DNA of 63,632 bases, counting the filler, from Psammoneis japonica (lineage: Eukaryota), in assembly GCA_008632985.1 (NCBI GenBank). It is 7 parts of 6 records of this genome, joined end to end, with 100 filler letters (N's around TTAATTAATTAA, not from the genome) between each part and the next. Parts side by side here need not be neighbours in the genome. Positions count along the whole stretch, not along the records: positions 59,889 to 62,055 come from QPGO01000048.1; positions 62,156 to 63,632 come from QPGO01000244.1; 5 more parts are not named here. One strand, written 5' to 3'. This document shows, in pieces, positions 59,889 through 63,632 of this stretch (position 1 is its first letter; each line of letters opens with the position of its first letter). Both the position numbers and the translations under genes were made by a program. The notes under the pieces were generated by a model. The model was given only the letters and a program-made list of their open reading frames with translations. It was not told the DNA's origin and did no database searches.

Positions 59889-62055
59889 TTGCAAGCCAGC
59901 TCTTGCTTTGTTCACATCATGTCGGACTGCCTCAGACACACGACTGTTCGATCAAACCTGCTTACAATCATTCCGTCAAGCGGTGGAGAGAGAAATCGTC
60001 ACTGAAGAAAATCTGAAATTCTTGCAAAATCTGCAAGATGCAAAATCTAATTGTCTGCGATTAAAAAGCACATCAGATTTTCTTAAACGCACTGCCCGTG
60101 AGCATGCATCGGACGACAATGAATTTAGCACAAGGTGCAAAAGCGACGCCGAAGACGACATCGGAACGGCTTTGCAAGGACAAATGCTTGATGCTCTTCT
60201 AGATGAATTGGTGAACCATGAACACGAAGACAGGACAGAAGCGAATGATGAAGCAGCCGCACCCACGATTTAAGTGGCAAACAAACCAGACAGAAGGGAA
60301 GTCACCTTGCAGGATGTCAGCACTTGGCATGCATGTGCATGACTTCTTCAGATCAAAACACTGTCATCAATTCGGTCCCTGTCGTAGAAACAATGGAGCC
60401 ACCAGAAATTGAGGTTAATGAAGAAGACAATGAAAACAGCATGCAAGCAGATGAAGAACCTGTGCCTCAAATTAGGAAACGAGACACAGTTCGAGCATTG
60501 CTGACCAAGACTGGACGCATTCAACAATCTTTCCAAGACACAACTAATTCGGAAGAAGCCGTTGATGTCCTTGAAGCTAACGGCTCAGCTAAAAGCTTAG
60601 TTGATTGGTCAAAAAAAGCCAAGCTAGACCCACATCAAAGTCGTGCTTTTGAAGTCATGGCAGGAACTTTCATTTTGACGTGCTGCAAAGACGCTCTGGG
60701 AGAACAAGCAAGTGGCAATGTAAGAGGAGGAATTAGACACGAGTTTGACAAAGAACACAGGAGATTAGCTGAGTTAGTTGAAGTGCGAGAACAAAGAGGC
60801 ACACAGTTAATTTGTTTCTTGCATGGAGCAGGAGGAAGTGGCAAATCCACTGTTGTCGATCTTGTTGTTTTGTGCACAAGAGAATGTTGCTCTTTAATTG
60901 AACGACCATTCACTGCACAAACAATTGCCGTCACTGCCATGACCGGAGTTGCAGCGACAATTCTGAAAGGAGACACCATTCACAGAGTTGCCTATCTAAA
61001 CAGGAAAAAAGAAACAACAGAAACACAAATGGAAAGCTGGAGTGACACTCGTCTGCTGATTGTCGACGAAATGTCATTTGCTTGCAGAAGAGATTTAGAA
61101 AAATTACATGCTAATCTATCCATCGTGAAATCCAATTTAGACAGGCCTCATGGGGGTGCAAGTGCAGTGTTTGCAGGGGACCTGAGACAACTCGAGCCAG
61201 TTGGACACGGAATGCACCCTCTGCACAAGGAGACCTGTGCCGAATTCCAGGAATGGGTGAACTGCCACATCCAGTTGCATGGGATGCACAGATTCAGTGA
61301 GGATCCAGAATGGGGCAGTTTGCTAAAACGATTTAGAGATGGCGAAGCGACTCTCGAAGATGTCGACAAAATCAATGAAAGAGCAGCAAGAAAGGGTCAA
61401 CAACTGCCAGAGAACATCAAATGTGCATCATGCAGAAACAAAGAAAGAGACTCCATCAACACAGCCTTGTTTGAGGAAAGGACCAAGAGACTGCACCAAA
61501 GAGATGGAGAAGTCTTGGACTCTCTAGCCATTTTCAGTGACGATTTACAAGTGCGTGACGGAGCAAGACAGTGCAGGCCTTTCCCGGTGCACAAAACATT
61601 CTGGAAAAACTGTGGAGAGAGCGATGTGGAAATGCAATCTGGCAGGCTTGATCCAGTGTTACGAACATGCAAGGGATGTAGAGTTATGATCCCGCACAAT
61701 GAAAATGTGGCAAATGGCATTGCGAACGGAACACAAGCAACACAGCAAAAGTCGTGCTGAAACCAGGAGAACATTCATCGCAAGTGGTCTTGGACTGTGG
61801 AACATCCATTCGAGGTGTCACAGCATCCCAGGTGGATCATGTAGACTCAAGCATGGCAACAAAAGCATCGATCCACCCACCTTTTCGCTCAAGCCTAAGT
61901 CCCACTTTCAAAGCCTGTTTAAAGGACCCAACCCAATGGATGACAGCTGAGGAAAAAGAGAAACACATGCTCGGACTGAAAGCAACCCATTGCCATTCAC
62001 AACAAAACAATGCGACTGCAGGACACAAGCTTCAAGGAAGCGGGCGGTGTCAACA
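59889..62055 (+). mobile_element. PIF1-family SF1B helicase, probably from a Helitron-like element; frameshifted and TpA-mutated
   Basis: FLHGAGGSGKS, TAMTGVAA, LLIVDEMSF, FAGDLRQLEPV, GMHRF, NGIANGT and ATAGHKLQG. One Tyr in the 478-aa ORF. Confidence 0.8.
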
Positions 62056-62155
62056 NNNNNNNNNNNNNNNNNNNNNNNNNNNNNNNNNNNNNNNNNNNNT
62101 TAATTAATTAANNNNNNNNNNNNNNNNNNNNNNNNNNNNNNNNNNNNNNNNNNNN
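62056..62155. other. Artificial contig-joining spacer
   Basis: N44-TTAATTAATTAA-N44. Confidence 0.95.
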
Positions 62156-62157
62156 AC

Positions 62158-62700
62158 GGTAAGCCCTCTTGCAGCCGCTTTCAGTGTCTGGCGTACAATG
62201 CCGACACGAATACATCACTTATTGCTTGTTGCCCACTCACGGGACGAGGACATCAGCTCCGCGTTCACTTGCAGTGGCTAGGATTTCCTATTTGCAACGA
62301 CATTCAGTATAGTGGCAGTCCAGCGCCAGAGGTGGTTGCTGTTTCAAAAGAATACGTGCTGGCCCAAATGATGTTGGGCTCCAAGACCAACGACAGCGTG
62401 CAACAAGAGCTCGGTGTGATTCGTTGCGAGCAAGCACAAGCAGCCAAGAATACCTGTCGTTGCTGTCAAGACGGACAGAGTGGTATCGAATCGTCCTTTA
62501 CTGCTGCTCAGCTGCTACAGGGTGGTCATTCCATTTGCTTGCACGCACTTCGTTATCGAATCCCTGTTTCGCCAAAACGAAAAGGCAAAAAGAAAAAGGA
62601 CATGAGTGATGAGCCTATTGCCGTTTTGGATTTAGAAGTAAAAGCTCCAGATTGGGCGGAGGCCTTTGGAGATCTGCCTACGTTATCGTGGCTTGAGTAA
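62158..62700 (+). CDS. RluA-family RNA pseudouridine synthase, C-terminal part (5'-truncated)
   Basis: GKPSCSRF...[26 protein letters not shown]...ICLHALRY. Confidence 0.85.
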   Translation, partial: GKPSCSRFQCLAYNADTNTSLIACCPLTGRGHQLRVHLQWLGFPICNDIQYSGSPAPEVVAVSKEYVLAQMMLGSKTNDSVQQELGVIRCEQAQAAKNTCRCCQDGQSGIESSFTAAQLLQGGHSICLHALRYRIPVSPKRKGKKKKDMSDEPIAVLDLEVKAPDWAEAFGDLPTLSWLE

Positions 62701-63632
62701 GATGCTCAGATAATGCGTCTTGCCATTCTTTTAAGCTTACGACTACTGCACTCTAAAGGCATAGCACTAAGAACGTGACATGGGATACCTGTCTTCTGTA
62801 TTGTTCAGCAAAACCGTAGCAAGAGTTCCAAAAGACATGGTTGGTTTGTTGGAGCCGCTGCAACGACGCATTGCGAGCGGCAATGCTAAACTTACAATTG
62901 GCGCTCAAGGGGTAAGTGGGCCATAATGACTGCAAAGCTTATCTGAAGTGTGTCGCGGTGATTGTCAATACTTTGCCTTTTGTGTTTCAGGCATATGGGG
63001 CCTTCCTAGCGTGCTGTGTGGAGCAGAAGCAACAATTAGGTCTTCACCTATAGACGTTGTTGAGAACACCAATCAATTTGCAAAGTGCGCAGGACTAAAA
63101 CGGATGCCAGCAGTATCTGAGTCAATAGTCTCAAGACTGGAGTCAAAAGGAGTTCCTGGACTCGTGATTGAAGACGACTGCAGTGTGGAACACAAAGTAG
63201 TACGTTAGAAAATTGGCATTTTGGGGCATGGCTGCTCTTGTAGGTAATCTCTTGCGTGGGTAGCTTTGTTGCTTTGTCACTGCAGAATGCTCAGAAGCAC
63301 TTGGAAAAAAAAAACTTCAAATGGCAACTTTAATGACTAAAATTATTCAAAAGATGAATTAGTACCGGACAGCGTTGACGATCGGGAACAGTTCGTGCCA
63401 AGTGTGGCATCACAGTTTCTCTTATGTGTCCACACAAAAGAGGCAATGGACTTACATGGAATGGAAACTCTCTTCTCTTCGTGGCTCATGTAGATGTGGC
63501 AAAACAATTTGTCATGNNCCGGCGCTGATGTTAGTTGTGGCTCCAGTTAGTTGTGACCGTGTGCAGACAGGCTACTGTGCTTACTGAGGGCCGGCTGTGC
63601 AGTGCACAGACGAACCCACCGTGTCGTGTCGT

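Noticed and set aside
21990..62155. Six TTAATTAATTAA motifs within N runs
   Set aside because: They are identical 100-bp artificial spacers joining contigs, so adjacency across them has no biological meaning.
62750..63632. Possible minus-strand gene 3' end
   Set aside because: Only short ORFs with no recognisable motif, so I cannot support a call.

Overview
Eukaryotic DNA, most likely from a diatom: it has short GT-AG introns, a D27 protein with a bipartite plastid-type presequence, and CoDi-type Copia and diatom-type Gypsy elements. The window is seven separate contigs joined by artificial 100-bp N44-TTAATTAATTAA-N44 spacers. Contig 1 (1-21989) is ordinary gene-dense sequence: a transposase-like fragment, a Uma2-like nuclease, an S8 protease, a D27 isomerase, Scc2/Nipped-B with a PHD finger, a repetitive coiled-coil protein and RIO1 kinase. 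The other contigs carry a beta-COP pseudogene, a full-length Copia nested in a Gypsy RT gene, about 15 kb of shuffled TE fragments and minisatellites, a PIF1-helicase element and the 3' end of an RluA-type gene. The main signal is that repeat and TE DNA has lost almost all TpA dinucleotides through TA->TG and TA->CA (sometimes CG) transitions on both strands. Conserved Tyr codons became Cys or His (RT YLDD->HLDD, YVDD->HVDD). The two LTRs of a single insertion differ reciprocally (TG vs CA) at the same sites, while host genes and the beta-COP pseudogene keep normal TpA. This looks like a repeat-targeted A:T->G:C hypermutation process, the mirror image of fungal RIP. I cannot check the literature, so novelty is unverified. 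All counts are manual and approximate.
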